A stretch of 64,000 bases of DNA from Roseibacillus sp. GTDB taxonomy: Bacteria; Verrucomicrobiota; Verrucomicrobiia; Verrucomicrobiales; Akkermansiaceae. The notes below the pieces were generated by a model. It saw only the letters and a program-made list of their open reading frames with translations, was not told the origin of the DNA and did not search any database. The DNA lies in the NCBI GenBank assembly GCA_051251855.1, contig JBPOGI010000001.1:736001-800000 (forward strand). The letters are read 5' to 3'. The position numbers and the translations under genes were made by a program. Below, one piece after another: positions 18,907-28,821 of the stretch; within the stretch, counting starts at the first letter, position 1, and each line of letters begins with the position of its first letter.

Positions 18907-20013
18907 TTATTCTATGTCTTTGACGCAGCGGAAGCCACTGTGGTTGGTGGGTGAGAGGGATTCGGAGTAGTGACGGGCGGCGGGGCGGTAGCGGAGACAA
19001 TAGGTGTGGTGGCAGAGGAAAGAGCCGCCCTTGGTAACCCAGAGACGAGCAAGAGGGTGAAAGACGTCTACTTTTTCGGGGATTGGTTGGCCGCGGGCAA
19101 AGAGGTCGGTTTCGGGTTGGGTGATCGCTTGTTCGAGGGGTGGGCCAGTGGGGTCTTTAACGGGATTCTTGGCAAAGGTTTGGTAGTAGTCAGGGCGATA
19201 GACGTCGGAGCAAATTTCCCAGACGTTGCCGGCCATGTCGTAGAGTCCAAAGTCGTTGGGGGGATAACTTTTTACAGCGGCTGAGCCTTCGTGGCCGTCG
19301 AGGGCGCTATTATTGTGGGGAAAGTCTCCTTGGAAGGTGTTGGCGGGCCATTGTTCTTTGGAGGGTTTGGGCTTGTTGCCCCAGATGAAGAGGGTGTGGT
19401 CTTTATTGCCGCGAGCAGCGCGTTCCCATTCCGCTTCGGTGGGCAGGCGTTTGTCGGCCCATTTGCAGTAGGCTTCGGCGTCTTCTTTGGTGACGCAGAC
19501 GACGGGGTGGTCCATTTTGTCCTCGATAGAGCTATCGGGGCCGGTGGGATGTTGCCAGGTGGCGCCGGGGACAAATTGCCACCATTGCCATTCGGAGCCG
19601 GGTTGCCATTTTTCAACTTCGCCAGCAGGTGCTTTGAAGATGAGGGCTCCGGCTTTCAGTTGGTCCTCGGGAGCGTTGGGGAAATCCTCTTTGGTGAAGC
19701 CTCTTTCGGCTTGGGTTTGGTAGCCGGTGGCCTCGATGAATTCAGCGAACTGGGTATTGGTGACTTCGGTGGTGTCGATGAAGAAGGAGGAGACCGTGAC
19801 TTTGTGTACGGGCTGTTCCTCAGGGTATTGGGCGGTGCCGCCAAGGCTGCGGTCTTCGCCGCGGGTGTAGGTGCCACCAGAGATAAAGACCATGCCCGCA
19901 GGGGCTGGCGGGATGGCGGGGGATGCCTCTTTCTTAGGCTCCTCAGCTGAAAGAGGGGTGGCTAAGGAAGCAGTGAAAAGGAGGCTGGAGAGGAGTCGGG
20001 AGCGGGAAATCAT
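18907..20013 (-). CDS. Formylglycine-generating enzyme (SUMF1/FGE-sulfatase) family protein, secreted
   Basis: TEVTN.QF, HPVVCV, RLPTEAEWERAARG, GLYDMAGNVWE, KGGSFLCHHTYCLRYRPAAR, GFRC; start at 20013 or 20022. Confidence 0.9.
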   Translation of the reverse strand: MISRSRLLSSLLFTASLATPLSAEEPKKEASPAIPPAPAGMVFISGGTYTRGEDRSLGGTAQYPEEQPVHKVTVSSFFIDTTEVTNTQFAEFIEATGYQTQAERGFTKEDFPNAPEDQLKAGALIFKAPAGEVEKWQPGSEWQWWQFVPGATWQHPTGPDSSIEDKMDHPVVCVTKEDAEAYCKWADKRLPTEAEWERAARGNKDHTLFIWGNKPKPSKEQWPANTFQGDFPHNNSALDGHEGSAAVKSYPPNDFGLYDMAGNVWEICSDVYRPDYYQTFAKNPVKDPTGPPLEQAITQPETDLFARGQPIPEKVDVFHPLARLWVTKGGSFLCHHTYCLRYRPAARHYSESLSPTNHSGFRCVKDIE

Positions 20014-20083
20014 GATTGTCATTAGAGAGAGCGACCTGAGACCAAGTCTTTTGTTTTTTTGAATCGTGCTTATTCTTACGGCG

Positions 20084-20863
20084 ATGGCGATAACGAAGTT
20101 TCGTCCCTGCATTGATTTGCATGAGGGCAAGGTGAAGCAAATTGTGGGGGGAACCCTGACGGATGAAGGGGCTACGGAGAATTTCGTCTCCCAAGAGGGG
20201 GCTGCGTACTTTGCCAAGATGTTTGGAGCTGACCAACTGGAGGGGGGGCATGTGATTCAGTTGGGCCCTGGGAACCAAGAGGCTGCGGAAGAAGCTTTGG
20301 CCGCTTGGCCGGGGGGATTGCAGCTGGGCGGAGGGGTGACGAGGGAGAATGCTGCGAACTGGTTGCAGGCGGGGGCGTGTTCGGTGATTGTGACGTCGTA
20401 TCTGTTTGATGGGGAGGGACGATTCTTGCGCGAGAGATTGAAGGGGCTTTCGAAAGAGATTGGGACGGAGAAATTGGTGGTGGATCTGAGCTGTCGGCGG
20501 ACTCAGGAGGGCTGGCAGGTGGCGATGAATCGCTGGCAGACTTTGACGGACATGTCGGTTACCCATGCGGTTTTGGATGAGCTGGCGGAGTATTGTGGTG
20601 AGTTTCTCATTCATGCCGCTGATGTGGAGGGAAAGTGTGGGGGCGTGGATACGGAGTTGGTTGAACTGCTAGGTGGGTGGTGCGGAAGGCCGATGACTTA
20701 TGCCGGTGGAGTGGGAGTCTTGGGCGATTTGGAGTTGGTGCAGGAGAGCAGTGGAGGGAATGTGGATGTAACGGTGGGGAGTGCGTTGGATATTTTTGGA
20801 GGAAAAGGGGTAAGCTACCGGGAGTTGGTGGCTTGGAATCAACGAGGGGAGAGAGGAGTATGA
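20084..20863 (+). CDS. hisA: ProFAR isomerase, eukaryote-like (His6) type
   Basis: FRPCIDLHEGKVKQIVGGTL, GGHVI.LG, DLSCR, EFLIHAADVEG and TVGSALDIFGG are His6-type motifs. Confidence 0.9.
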   Translation: MAITKFRPCIDLHEGKVKQIVGGTLTDEGATENFVSQEGAAYFAKMFGADQLEGGHVIQLGPGNQEAAEEALAAWPGGLQLGGGVTRENAANWLQAGACSVIVTSYLFDGEGRFLRERLKGLSKEIGTEKLVVDLSCRRTQEGWQVAMNRWQTLTDMSVTHAVLDELAEYCGEFLIHAADVEGKCGGVDTELVELLGGWCGRPMTYAGGVGVLGDLELVQESSGGNVDVTVGSALDIFGGKGVSYRELVAWNQRGERGV

Positions 20864-21213
20864 AGACGCATCGGTTAGTTTTACCGGAGGATTTGAATCA
20901 GTATGGATTCTTGTTCGGAGGGCGCTTGTTAAGTTGGGTTGACGAGGCATCTTGGATTGCGGCGAGCATGGAGTATCCCGCGTGCCAGTTTGTGACGATT
21001 GGGATGGAGGCTGTGAGCTTTAAGCATTCGGTGAGGGAGGGAACGATCCTTTCGATTGAGTCTGAGCGGGTGAAGGAGGGGAGGACTTCGGTGAGTTATG
21101 AGGTGCGGGTGACGCAAGGGAGGGACCCTGAGGAGACAGTGATTTTTTCAACGAAGGTGACCTTCGTGAATGTGGATGAAGCGGGTGAGAAACAGCCTTT
21201 GAAACGATTATGA
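20860..21213 (+). CDS. Acyl-CoA thioesterase (hotdog fold)
   Basis: VLPEDLNQYGFLFGGRLLSWVDE, GRTS, TFVNVD; ATG overlaps the hisA stop. Confidence 0.88.
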   Translation: MKTHRLVLPEDLNQYGFLFGGRLLSWVDEASWIAASMEYPACQFVTIGMEAVSFKHSVREGTILSIESERVKEGRTSVSYEVRVTQGRDPEETVIFSTKVTFVNVDEAGEKQPLKRL

Positions 21214-22802
21214 TTGAGACGGTTGATATTGTGGTGTCGGTGGAAAAACGAGCGAGCAAGGAGTCTTGGTTGCGGCCTGCGGCACGTAAGTTGCGTTGTC
21301 ATCCGAAGCAGATTCGCGAAATGCGGCTGCTGAAGGAGTCGATTGATGCGCGGAAGAATCCCGTGAGGTTTCAGCTGCGGCTGCAAGTGGGGGTGGATGA
21401 GGATTTACCGGTGGAAGAGGTTCCTGAGTATGAGGCCCCCAAGGTTTCGGCTGATGCGAAGACGGTGATCATTGTGGGGTGTGGGCCGGCCGGAATGTTC
21501 GCGGCGTTGCGGTGCTTGGAGTTGGGGCTGAAACCGATTGTGTTGGAACGGGGAAAGGATGCTTCGGCGCGAAGGTTTGATTTGGCACCGCTGTTGCGAA
21601 AAGGGACGGTGATCGAGGATTCGAATTACTGTTTCGGTGAGGGAGGGGCAGGAACCTATTCGGATGGTAAGCTTTATACGCGAGCAACGAAGCGGGGTCC
21701 TGTGAGGAAGGTGTATGAAATGCTGGTGGCACATGGGGCTCCGAGTGAGATTCTGGTGGATGCCCATCCGCACATTGGGTCGAACTTGTTGCCAAAGGTG
21801 GTCATGGCGATGAGGGAGAGTATTCGGGAGCGGGGCGGTGAGGTGAGGTTTGGCTGGAAGGTGACGGGCCTTTTGCGTGGTTCAGAGGGAGAACTGGAGG
21901 GAGTTGTGAACGCGGAAGGGGAAGAGTTACGCGGGGTGTCGGTGGTGATGGCGACGGGTCATTCTGCGCGGGATGTGCTGGCGATGTTGCAGCGTGAGAA
22001 CATTGCTTTGGAGGCAAAGGCGTTTGCGGTAGGAGTTCGTATTGAGCACCCGCAGCCCTTGATTGATAGTATTCAGTATCATTATCCGCGGGGGCAGGAG
22101 CGTCCACGCGAGTTGCCAGCGGCACGCTACGCGCTGGCCTGTGAGATTGATGGGCGGGGGGTGCATTCTTTCTGTATGTGTCCCGGTGGCTTTATTGTCC
22201 CGGCGGCAACGGAGAATGATGAGGTGGTGGTGAATGGGATGAGCTTGGCTCGTCGAGATTCTCCTTTTGCCAATACAGGGATGGTAGTGGGCGTGGAGCC
22301 GTCTGATATTCCAGGGGAAAATGTTTTGCGAGGGCTTCAGTTTCAAAAGGAATTAGAGCGGGCGGCAAAGAAGGCGGGGAATGGGGATGACGAATTGGGG
22401 CAGGTGGCTCCGGCCCAGCGGGTGGTGGACTTTTTGGCTGGAAGGCTTTCGAAGGACTTGCCCGAGACGAGCTACTTTCCTGGGTTGAAAAGTGCACGGT
22501 TAGACGAGCTGATGCCGGACTTCATCGTGCGAAGGATGAAGATTGGATTGAAGAAGTTTGGGCACCGGATGAGTGGCTATTTGACTGATGAAGCTTTGAT
22601 GATTGGCTTCGAGACGAGGACCAGCTGTCCGGTCAGGGTGCCGCGTGAGGATGAGTCTTTGCAGCATCCTGAGGTTGAAAATCTTTACCCTTGTGGAGAG
22701 GGCGCGGGCTATGCGGGAGGAATTGTTTCAGCTGCGCTTGATGGCATGCGGGTCGCCGAGGCGATTGCAAAGCACGCGTCCGCGAACAAGGTGGACTCTT
22801 GA
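21210..22802 (+). CDS. FAD-dependent oxidoreductase (COG2509-like)
   Basis: VGCGPAG, GEGGAGTYSDGKL, ATGHSARD, GVRIEHPQ, FCMCPGG and GEGAGYAGGIVSAA. Confidence 0.85.
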   Translation: MIETVDIVVSVEKRASKESWLRPAARKLRCHPKQIREMRLLKESIDARKNPVRFQLRLQVGVDEDLPVEEVPEYEAPKVSADAKTVIIVGCGPAGMFAALRCLELGLKPIVLERGKDASARRFDLAPLLRKGTVIEDSNYCFGEGGAGTYSDGKLYTRATKRGPVRKVYEMLVAHGAPSEILVDAHPHIGSNLLPKVVMAMRESIRERGGEVRFGWKVTGLLRGSEGELEGVVNAEGEELRGVSVVMATGHSARDVLAMLQRENIALEAKAFAVGVRIEHPQPLIDSIQYHYPRGQERPRELPAARYALACEIDGRGVHSFCMCPGGFIVPAATENDEVVVNGMSLARRDSPFANTGMVVGVEPSDIPGENVLRGLQFQKELERAAKKAGNGDDELGQVAPAQRVVDFLAGRLSKDLPETSYFPGLKSARLDELMPDFIVRRMKIGLKKFGHRMSGYLTDEALMIGFETRTSCPVRVPREDESLQHPEVENLYPCGEGAGYAGGIVSAALDGMRVAEAIAKHASANKVDS

Positions 22803-25800
22803 TTAAGGAGTGATGAGCGTAACCTTGAGCCTGAAAAAGTCGTTGGCGAGTAGCTGTGGGTCAGAATTGACGAGATAAGTCTCTTTGAGAATACCATTGG
22901 GGAGTGCCTTTCGGGAGAAGGGCTGACTTTCTGCTGAAAGAGTTTCCCAAGAAGTGAGTTCGAGTGAGTGTTCCAGTATGGCATTAAAACCGTATGCCTC
23001 GGGGTCGCGGATGAAGGAATAGAAGACATCGGTATCAGTTCCGGAGTTGGTGACCTCAAGCTGGGTATCGGGCATATTGGATGGGTCGAGGTCACTGGTT
23101 CCCGAGAAGTATTCGAAAAGGGCAGAGGCACCATCGCTATCGAAGTCTCCATTGGCAGCACCGATGAAAGGGCCTGGCCCCAGTGCACCCGGTGAACCAT
23201 TGTCGGTGATGGACATCCATGAGAGTGGATCGGCGTAATCGACGTCGCCGCGGAGTTGGGTGAGTTGCAGGCTCAGGCCGTCACCGTCGGCCTCGAGAGG
23301 CCAAGGCTCGGTATCGTTGTAACGGAAGGAGGAGAGAATGTCGCCATCCGCATTGATGAGGCGAAGCCACTCCCCGGAGTTGCCCAGTCCGCCTGAGAAT
23401 TGGCCTGCGATGGATTGAGTTGTATTGGGATAGCGAGCGAGGAAAGCTTCTTGGTTTGAGACGATGACGAGTCGCTCGCCGGGGGCCATGACTTGGCCTT
23501 CGGTAAAGAGGAATCGAACTCCTTCGAGGTGGTCGTTGACCACTTGTTCGGCGAGGGCGCAGTCTTGGAGTTCGAGAAGGTCCGAGGAGATGTTGACGAG
23601 CTCAATGAATTCGAAGTCGCCATCATCGTTAGAAACGGCGAGTTCACCTGGGAGAGCGGGGTTGGCGGGATGATAGTGGACCTCTGAAATCAGTAATTCT
23701 CCGATTTCGGGAGAACGGCCGGGGGAATAGTAGTTGGAGGCAAGGGCTGACCACTCACCGTCCGAGAGAACGCGGGCGTTAATGGTTTGAGGACTGTTGA
23801 TGTCGATTCCGATAGACCTCTGGGAGGCCCAAGAGAGTTCCATGTCGAAGCCGAGATCACTTGAGCCGGCGTTGACTTGATGGAGTTCGATCGCAATGAG
23901 ATTGCTGCCGGTAATCAGCAAGCTGGGGTCGAGAGGGATGACGTTGTAGGTCGATTCTGCCTCGTTGTTTACGGAGGTGATGGAATAGGTGTCGAACTGG
24001 GTGTCACCTGCGAGCATGTTCCGGCGATAGGCTTCGGCTCCATTGAGGTAAACGATGTAGCCGTCGTCACCAAGAATCTTGGCGGTGAGGCTGGTGATGT
24101 CGGTGGTGTCACTGACGGTGAAGGAACGGCGAAGGTAGGAGGTGGGAGGATTAGAGTTCCCAGGGCCACTGTTTTCTCCCATGGGAGTGGCAATGGGCAC
24201 TTGGCTACCGTTGCGGCCAAGCCCGCCAAAACCTAGGATTCCAGCTCCAAAAGACCAGCTGGAGTCGTTGAAGGAGGGATGTTTCCAGTTGGAGGAATCG
24301 TAGTTGCTATCGCCTACGACGATGGAGCTGCTTCCGCGATCAGTGCCGCTGTCGTCGAATTGCCAGGTGGAGTTTGGGCCGAATCCGTTGGTGCTGGTTC
24401 CTCCGGTATCGAAAGCGGTCGCGCTTGGGTTTACGTTATTGTCAGATTCCCGAGGGTCGCTGCCGTCTGTAGTGAAGTAGATGATTCCTTCGTTGGCGCC
24501 CACTTGGATGGTGGTCCCGAGGGGGACTTGGCTGGTGATTGGGTTAAAGGTGGGGGCATCGATGAGGGGGTAGAGAGGAGGGTGGTTCGTACCTAGGCGA
24601 AGGTGGCCTACAAGGTCTGCACTCCGAGTGTCGAAAACGTTAATGAGAGACTGGACGGCGTTCTCCCAATTTTCTCTATCGGCGGGTTCGGTGCGCTTGG
24701 CGTCTCCCCAGCGTGCTGACTCGGCGATGATAACGGAATCAACGATAGCGCGTCTCGCTTCTAGCTTTTCCAGAACACGGTCTTTGGTGAGGTATCCGTC
24801 ATTGAAGAGTGCGGCGTGGGCGCGGTCTGCAAAGCGTTCGCGATATTCGGGAGTCGTTTGAGCAAGTCGAATATGGATGACTTGGGGGTTACTCTTTTCA
24901 AAATCGTCCCATTCATTGAGCCCGTTGGTGGTGTTGATTCGGTCGTTGTTTCCGTTCCACCGGCCACCAGCGCCCATGGAATGCTCGGCATCATGGATGA
25001 GGCTGGAAAATCCCCGGTCATCGCGCACAAAATTACGCACCGAATACCAGTTGTTCGCGGCGCCGACGAAATCAGAAAGAGCGCTGTCATACGAGCCGCT
25101 GTAGGCAAGGACGAGCATGTAGTCGATGAGGTTGTCGACATCGAGGAGGACGGGGAGAGTTGGATCTCTTTGGCCGCTGGGATCGAGACCTTGCATCTCG
25201 TTGTAACGGGCGGTGGTGGGAGATGTCCTTTGAGCCTGCACCATATCCCAGAGGGTTTTCCAGTCACCATTGAGGTCGCCATCAGTAGCTTCGCTTCGAT
25301 AGCTGTTCGTGCTTCCTGCCGATTTAAGAGTGTCGAATTCGCTGTCGTCTCCGCCCAAGTAGCTGCTACCCCAGTTCGCTTCAGCGCGTTCTTGGCTCAT
25401 GAAGAGTCCCCAGTAAACCTCGTTGAGGTAGAGATGGTAGTAGCGACTGCGGGTGTAGGGCTGGCCGCTTGCAGCTTGGAGGTCGCGGGCAAGCACTTCG
25501 CGAAGAAAGGTGTTCTCGTTGATGTTGCCGTCTTTCGACCAAGAGTAGTTTTGGGCAGTGCGAAAGTCGATTTTGTCGAACTCATCGACGCCCTCGACTC
25601 CAAAGAGAGGAAAGTTGAGTTTCGAATCACCATACTCCTCGCGGAAGAAGGCTCGAAAGGCATGTTTCGGGTTGCTTGTGTTTCGGCTGGCCCCTCCACG
25701 AATTCTAAGTCCGCAGCGTGCAGAGATGTCGAGGTCTTCAGGGCCTCCGATGATTTCGAGGTGACCGGGAGTTTCTAGGCCACGTGTTTGTGGGTTGGAA

Positions 25801-26774
25801 TAGATGCCATCGGAGGCATTGGTGAGATTACTGACGTCGGTGGAAAGGACGACCGATGGGATAGCGGTGAGAGCGTCTTCCATCTCTTGGGCGGTGTAGC
25901 GACTGGTGATGTCTGGATCCATTCCGTAGTCGTAGACTTGGCCGTTAATGTTGCTCGATGGCCAACCTGAAGGAGCGTTGCCATTAGCGTACTGGGTGCG
26001 AATATCAGAAGGAAAGAGGTAGCTCTGGGTATCGACGTTGGTAGGGAAGAAACCCGTTTTGAAGGCTGCGGCTTTTACAGTGGTAGTGCTAGTGATGTTG
26101 ATGGGTGACGAGTAGACTAAGCCTTGGGTAGCAGTGGGGGTGGACCCGTCGAGGGTGTATCTGACAAGGCTCCCTGGTGTGGCGGTTGTGATGGCGAGTT
26201 GAATGGGCGCGTCGAAGATGCCGCGTTTGACTGAGAACTGGGTGTCTGCGACTTGGCCGCTGGGAGAAACGGTGTTGGCGCTGCCAGGCGAGGGATTGGT
26301 GAAGTAGCCGAAGGTGACTCCATCAGGTCCAATCCCATAAGAGATGTCTTCCGTCTGAGTAGGATAGGAGGGATCGAATGTGGTGAGGGCGGCACCGGTG
26401 GGAGGAAGTAGCGAGAGATACTCCCCACCTGCGGAAAGTCTGAAATTGGTGTGAAGTTCGTTCCCGGCGACCTGTCTATTTTTGCTGGATGCAAAGACGA
26501 CAAGGTAGCCATCTGCGGCAAGGGGCTCGTCGGGGAAGGTCCACTTAGCGAGGTCGGTGGAATGATCAGTGAGGCGGTATCCTAGCAGAGAAACGCTGGT
26601 GCTTCCGGTATTGTGAATCTCAATCCAATCGGAACCTTCGAGGTCCTCGTCGACGATGCTGGCACCCGAATTGGACGTGAGAAATTCGGAAATGACGACT
26701 TCGGCATAAGATGCTTTGAGAAGAAGGAGGCTCAGAGTGAGGGATAGGATGCTGGAGTGGGGAGGAAATTCCAT
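22803..26774 (-). CDS. Secreted lamin-tail / FN3-associated / CotH-kinase multidomain protein with shared C-terminal domain
   Basis: VVISEF..DWIEIHN lamin-tail domain; RYTLDGSTP; CotH-like RIRGGASR, YHLYLNEVYWGL..QER, HDAE; second lamin-tail ISEVHYHP..EFIEL. Confidence 0.8.
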   Translation of the reverse strand: MEFPPHSSILSLTLSLLLLKASYAEVVISEFLTSNSGASIVDEDLEGSDWIEIHNTGSTSVSLLGYRLTDHSTDLAKWTFPDEPLAADGYLVVFASSKNRQVAGNELHTNFRLSAGGEYLSLLPPTGAALTTFDPSYPTQTEDISYGIGPDGVTFGYFTNPSPGSANTVSPSGQVADTQFSVKRGIFDAPIQLAITTATPGSLVRYTLDGSTPTATQGLVYSSPINITSTTTVKAAAFKTGFFPTNVDTQSYLFPSDIRTQYANGNAPSGWPSSNINGQVYDYGMDPDITSRYTAQEMEDALTAIPSVVLSTDVSNLTNASDGIYSNPQTRGLETPGHLEIIGGPEDLDISARCGLRIRGGASRNTSNPKHAFRAFFREEYGDSKLNFPLFGVEGVDEFDKIDFRTAQNYSWSKDGNINENTFLREVLARDLQAASGQPYTRSRYYHLYLNEVYWGLFMSQERAEANWGSSYLGGDDSEFDTLKSAGSTNSYRSEATDGDLNGDWKTLWDMVQAQRTSPTTARYNEMQGLDPSGQRDPTLPVLLDVDNLIDYMLVLAYSGSYDSALSDFVGAANNWYSVRNFVRDDRGFSSLIHDAEHSMGAGGRWNGNNDRINTTNGLNEWDDFEKSNPQVIHIRLAQTTPEYRERFADRAHAALFNDGYLTKDRVLEKLEARRAIVDSVIIAESARWGDAKRTEPADRENWENAVQSLINVFDTRSADLVGHLRLGTNHPPLYPLIDAPTFNPITSQVPLGTTIQVGANEGIIYFTTDGSDPRESDNNVNPSATAFDTGGTSTNGFGPNSTWQFDDSGTDRGSSSIVVGDSNYDSSNWKHPSFNDSSWSFGAGILGFGGLGRNGSQVPIATPMGENSGPGNSNPPTSYLRRSFTVSDTTDITSLTAKILGDDGYIVYLNGAEAYRRNMLAGDTQFDTYSITSVNNEAESTYNVIPLDPSLLITGSNLIAIELHQVNAGSSDLGFDMELSWASQRSIGIDINSPQTINARVLSDGEWSALASNYYSPGRSPEIGELLISEVHYHPANPALPGELAVSNDDGDFEFIELVNISSDLLELQDCALAEQVVNDHLEGVRFLFTEGQVMAPGERLVIVSNQEAFLARYPNTTQSIAGQFSGGLGNSGEWLRLINADGDILSSFRYNDTEPWPLEADGDGLSLQLTQLRGDVDYADPLSWMSITDNGSPGALGPGPFIGAANGDFDSDGASALFEYFSGTSDLDPSNMPDTQLEVTNSGTDTDVFYSFIRDPEAYGFNAILEHSLELTSWETLSAESQPFSRKALPNGILKETYLVNSDPQLLANDFFRLKVTLITP

Positions 26775-26851
26775 CACCCTAGATCTTAAAAGGTTTTTCG
26801 CTAGGTGCAACGGCAGAAGTTTGGCAAAACGGACCTCGGGGTGTTTCCAAG

Positions 26852-27781
26852 CTATTCGTGGAGAAGCTCTTCGAGCATCCTTTCGACGACCTCTTTGGTG
26901 ATGGCGAGGGACTCTGCAGAGATGAGGTCGAGATTGTCCTTTGGGGTATGCCACCAGCCGTGGCGTTGAAAGTCTCCGATAATATCGATGGTAGGAATAC
27001 CGACATTGTTCAGGGGGACGTGGTCATCGAGGATAGAGCCTTGGGCCATTCCGAAGCGTCCTTCATGGCCTGCTGCTTGAGCGGCCCGATTCAATACTGC
27101 GACGAGTTGGGGAGGAGAGTCGGAAGGAACCTTGATAGAGAGATCGTGGTGACCAACCATATCCAGAAGAATGCCGAAAGTGGGTTTGGAAGAGCTGCTT
27201 TGCCAGCGAGCGGCATAGGAACGGGAACCGTAGATTCCGTCGAAGATGCCGCCAGGCTTCGGGCCCATGTCCTCGGTGAAGGCTTCTTCGCCATCGAAAA
27301 AGACAAGTTCTAGGCGAGAGGCTTCGGAAGGTTTTTTTGCCATTTCTTGAGCCATGGTGAGGATAAGGCCGCAGGCCGAGGCGGCATCGTCAGCTCCCAA
27401 GAAGCGTTTGTTAGGATAATATTTGGAATCGAGATGGGCGCACAAGAGGCCGTCGACAGATGCCTTCCAAGGGTCATCATTTGGCTGAGCCGGAAAGCGA
27501 GCGATGAGGTTTGTAAAGGTTTTGGTGCCGAGTGGGGTCTGCGCCTGCGAGGAGTGGGCTCCGACTTGCCACCCCGCCTTGGTCAGAACTGAGGAGACAT
27601 AGCTGCGGACTTCAGCGGCAGCAGCGGAGCCTGTGGGTCGAGGTCCGAAGGAGAGAATGTTGGCGGTGTGTGCCAAGGGAGTGCCTGAGCGGTCGAGGGA
27701 GTCTTCAGGCTCGGGAGCTGGCTTTTCTTTACAGCTCAACAAGGATAAAGCCAAAAGGAGGGTGGCTGAGAGAGCGCGCAT
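26852..27781 (-). CDS. M28 family peptidase / glutaminyl cyclase-like lipoprotein
   Basis: Lipobox LLSC; FGPRPTGS, AHLDSK, GADDAAS, FFDGEE, LLDMVG, DDHVP, WHTPKD. Confidence 0.85.
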   Translation of the reverse strand: MRALSATLLLALSLLSCKEKPAPEPEDSLDRSGTPLAHTANILSFGPRPTGSAAAAEVRSYVSSVLTKAGWQVGAHSSQAQTPLGTKTFTNLIARFPAQPNDDPWKASVDGLLCAHLDSKYYPNKRFLGADDAASACGLILTMAQEMAKKPSEASRLELVFFDGEEAFTEDMGPKPGGIFDGIYGSRSYAARWQSSSSKPTFGILLDMVGHHDLSIKVPSDSPPQLVAVLNRAAQAAGHEGRFGMAQGSILDDHVPLNNVGIPTIDIIGDFQRHGWWHTPKDNLDLISAESLAITKEVVERMLEELLHE

Positions 27782-27790
27782 GATAGGGAC

Positions 27791-28708
27791 CTAGTCGACG
27801 CTGACTCCAAGAATGTCCAGGATGCGAGAGAGGTCTTCGTTACCGTAGTATTCGATCTCGATTCGTCCCTTCTTTGCGCCTGGAGTGATGGCTACTTGAG
27901 TCGCAAGCTTAGAGCGGAGTCGAGATTGTATCTGCCGATAAAGAGCGGCCGCTTCAGGAGTGACTTCGTTTTTGCTACGTGCTTTGCGTTGTTCTCCTTT
28001 GGTGTCGCGATGGAAATCTTGGATGAACTTTTCAGTAGCGCGGACGGTGAGCTTACGGCGGATGATCTCTTGAGAGGCCACTTTTTGCGCCTTGCCGTCT
28101 TTGATGGAAAGGATGGCCTTGGCATGACCGACGGAAATGATTCCTTGGGCTACGAGAGGTTGGACGTCCTTATGAAGGTCGAGCAAGCGCATCGAGTTTG
28201 CAACAGAGGCGCGGGACTTACCGACAGTCTTGGCGATTTCTTCTTGCTTGAGACCAAACTCGCGGGCGAGGCGAACATAGCCTTGAGCCTCTTCCATGGG
28301 ATTGAGGTCGGCGCGTTGAAGGTTCTCGATGAGAGCCATCTCCAAGACCTCGCGGTCAGTGGCGTCGCGCTCGATGATGGGGACTGTTTTAAGTCCTATC
28401 TTCTTGGAAGCTCTCCAGCGGCGTTCACCTGCAATGAGCTCAAGCTCGCCATCGACGGGGCGAACAATGAGAGGCTGGATGATGCCGTGGTGTCGAATCG
28501 ACTCCATGAGTTCATCGAGCTCGCCCTCAACGAAATGCATTCGAGGTTGAAGGGGGGAGGGCCGCACCTTGGTGATGGCTACCTCACGAACCGAAGCTGT
28601 CGCATCAGAGGGCGTGGCAGCAGTTACAGGCTTACCATTTCCCGAGGCCTTGCCGCCTGAATTATTAATGAGAGCACCGAGGCCCTTTCCCAAAGCTTGT
28701 TTCGCCAT
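27791..28708 (-). CDS. parB: Chromosome partitioning protein ParB
   Basis: ALGKGLGALI, QPR..F, GIIQP, IAGERRWRA, ALIENLQRADLNPMEEA and HTH GKSRASVAN. Confidence 0.95.
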   Translation of the reverse strand: MAKQALGKGLGALINNSGGKASGNGKPVTAATPSDATASVREVAITKVRPSPLQPRMHFVEGELDELMESIRHHGIIQPLIVRPVDGELELIAGERRWRASKKIGLKTVPIIERDATDREVLEMALIENLQRADLNPMEEAQGYVRLAREFGLKQEEIAKTVGKSRASVANSMRLLDLHKDVQPLVAQGIISVGHAKAILSIKDGKAQKVASQEIIRRKLTVRATEKFIQDFHRDTKGEQRKARSKNEVTPEAAALYRQIQSRLRSKLATQVAITPGAKKGRIEIEYYGNEDLSRILDILGVSVD

Positions 28709-28821
28709 CTAGGTAAGCTTAGTGACAAATGGATGGGTCTTGGCAAAGCCGAAAATATTAAAAATTTATTCGGGACGAGCTTGCTTGACCTCTGCCTCAA
28801 AACGGTGCATTTCCTTGAGGG

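Noticed and set aside
18907..20013. senA/egtB partner of the senB-like gene
   Set aside because: It has a signal peptide and the FGE core cysteines, lacks the DinB-like HxxxH domain of EgtB/SenA, and is 28 kb away.
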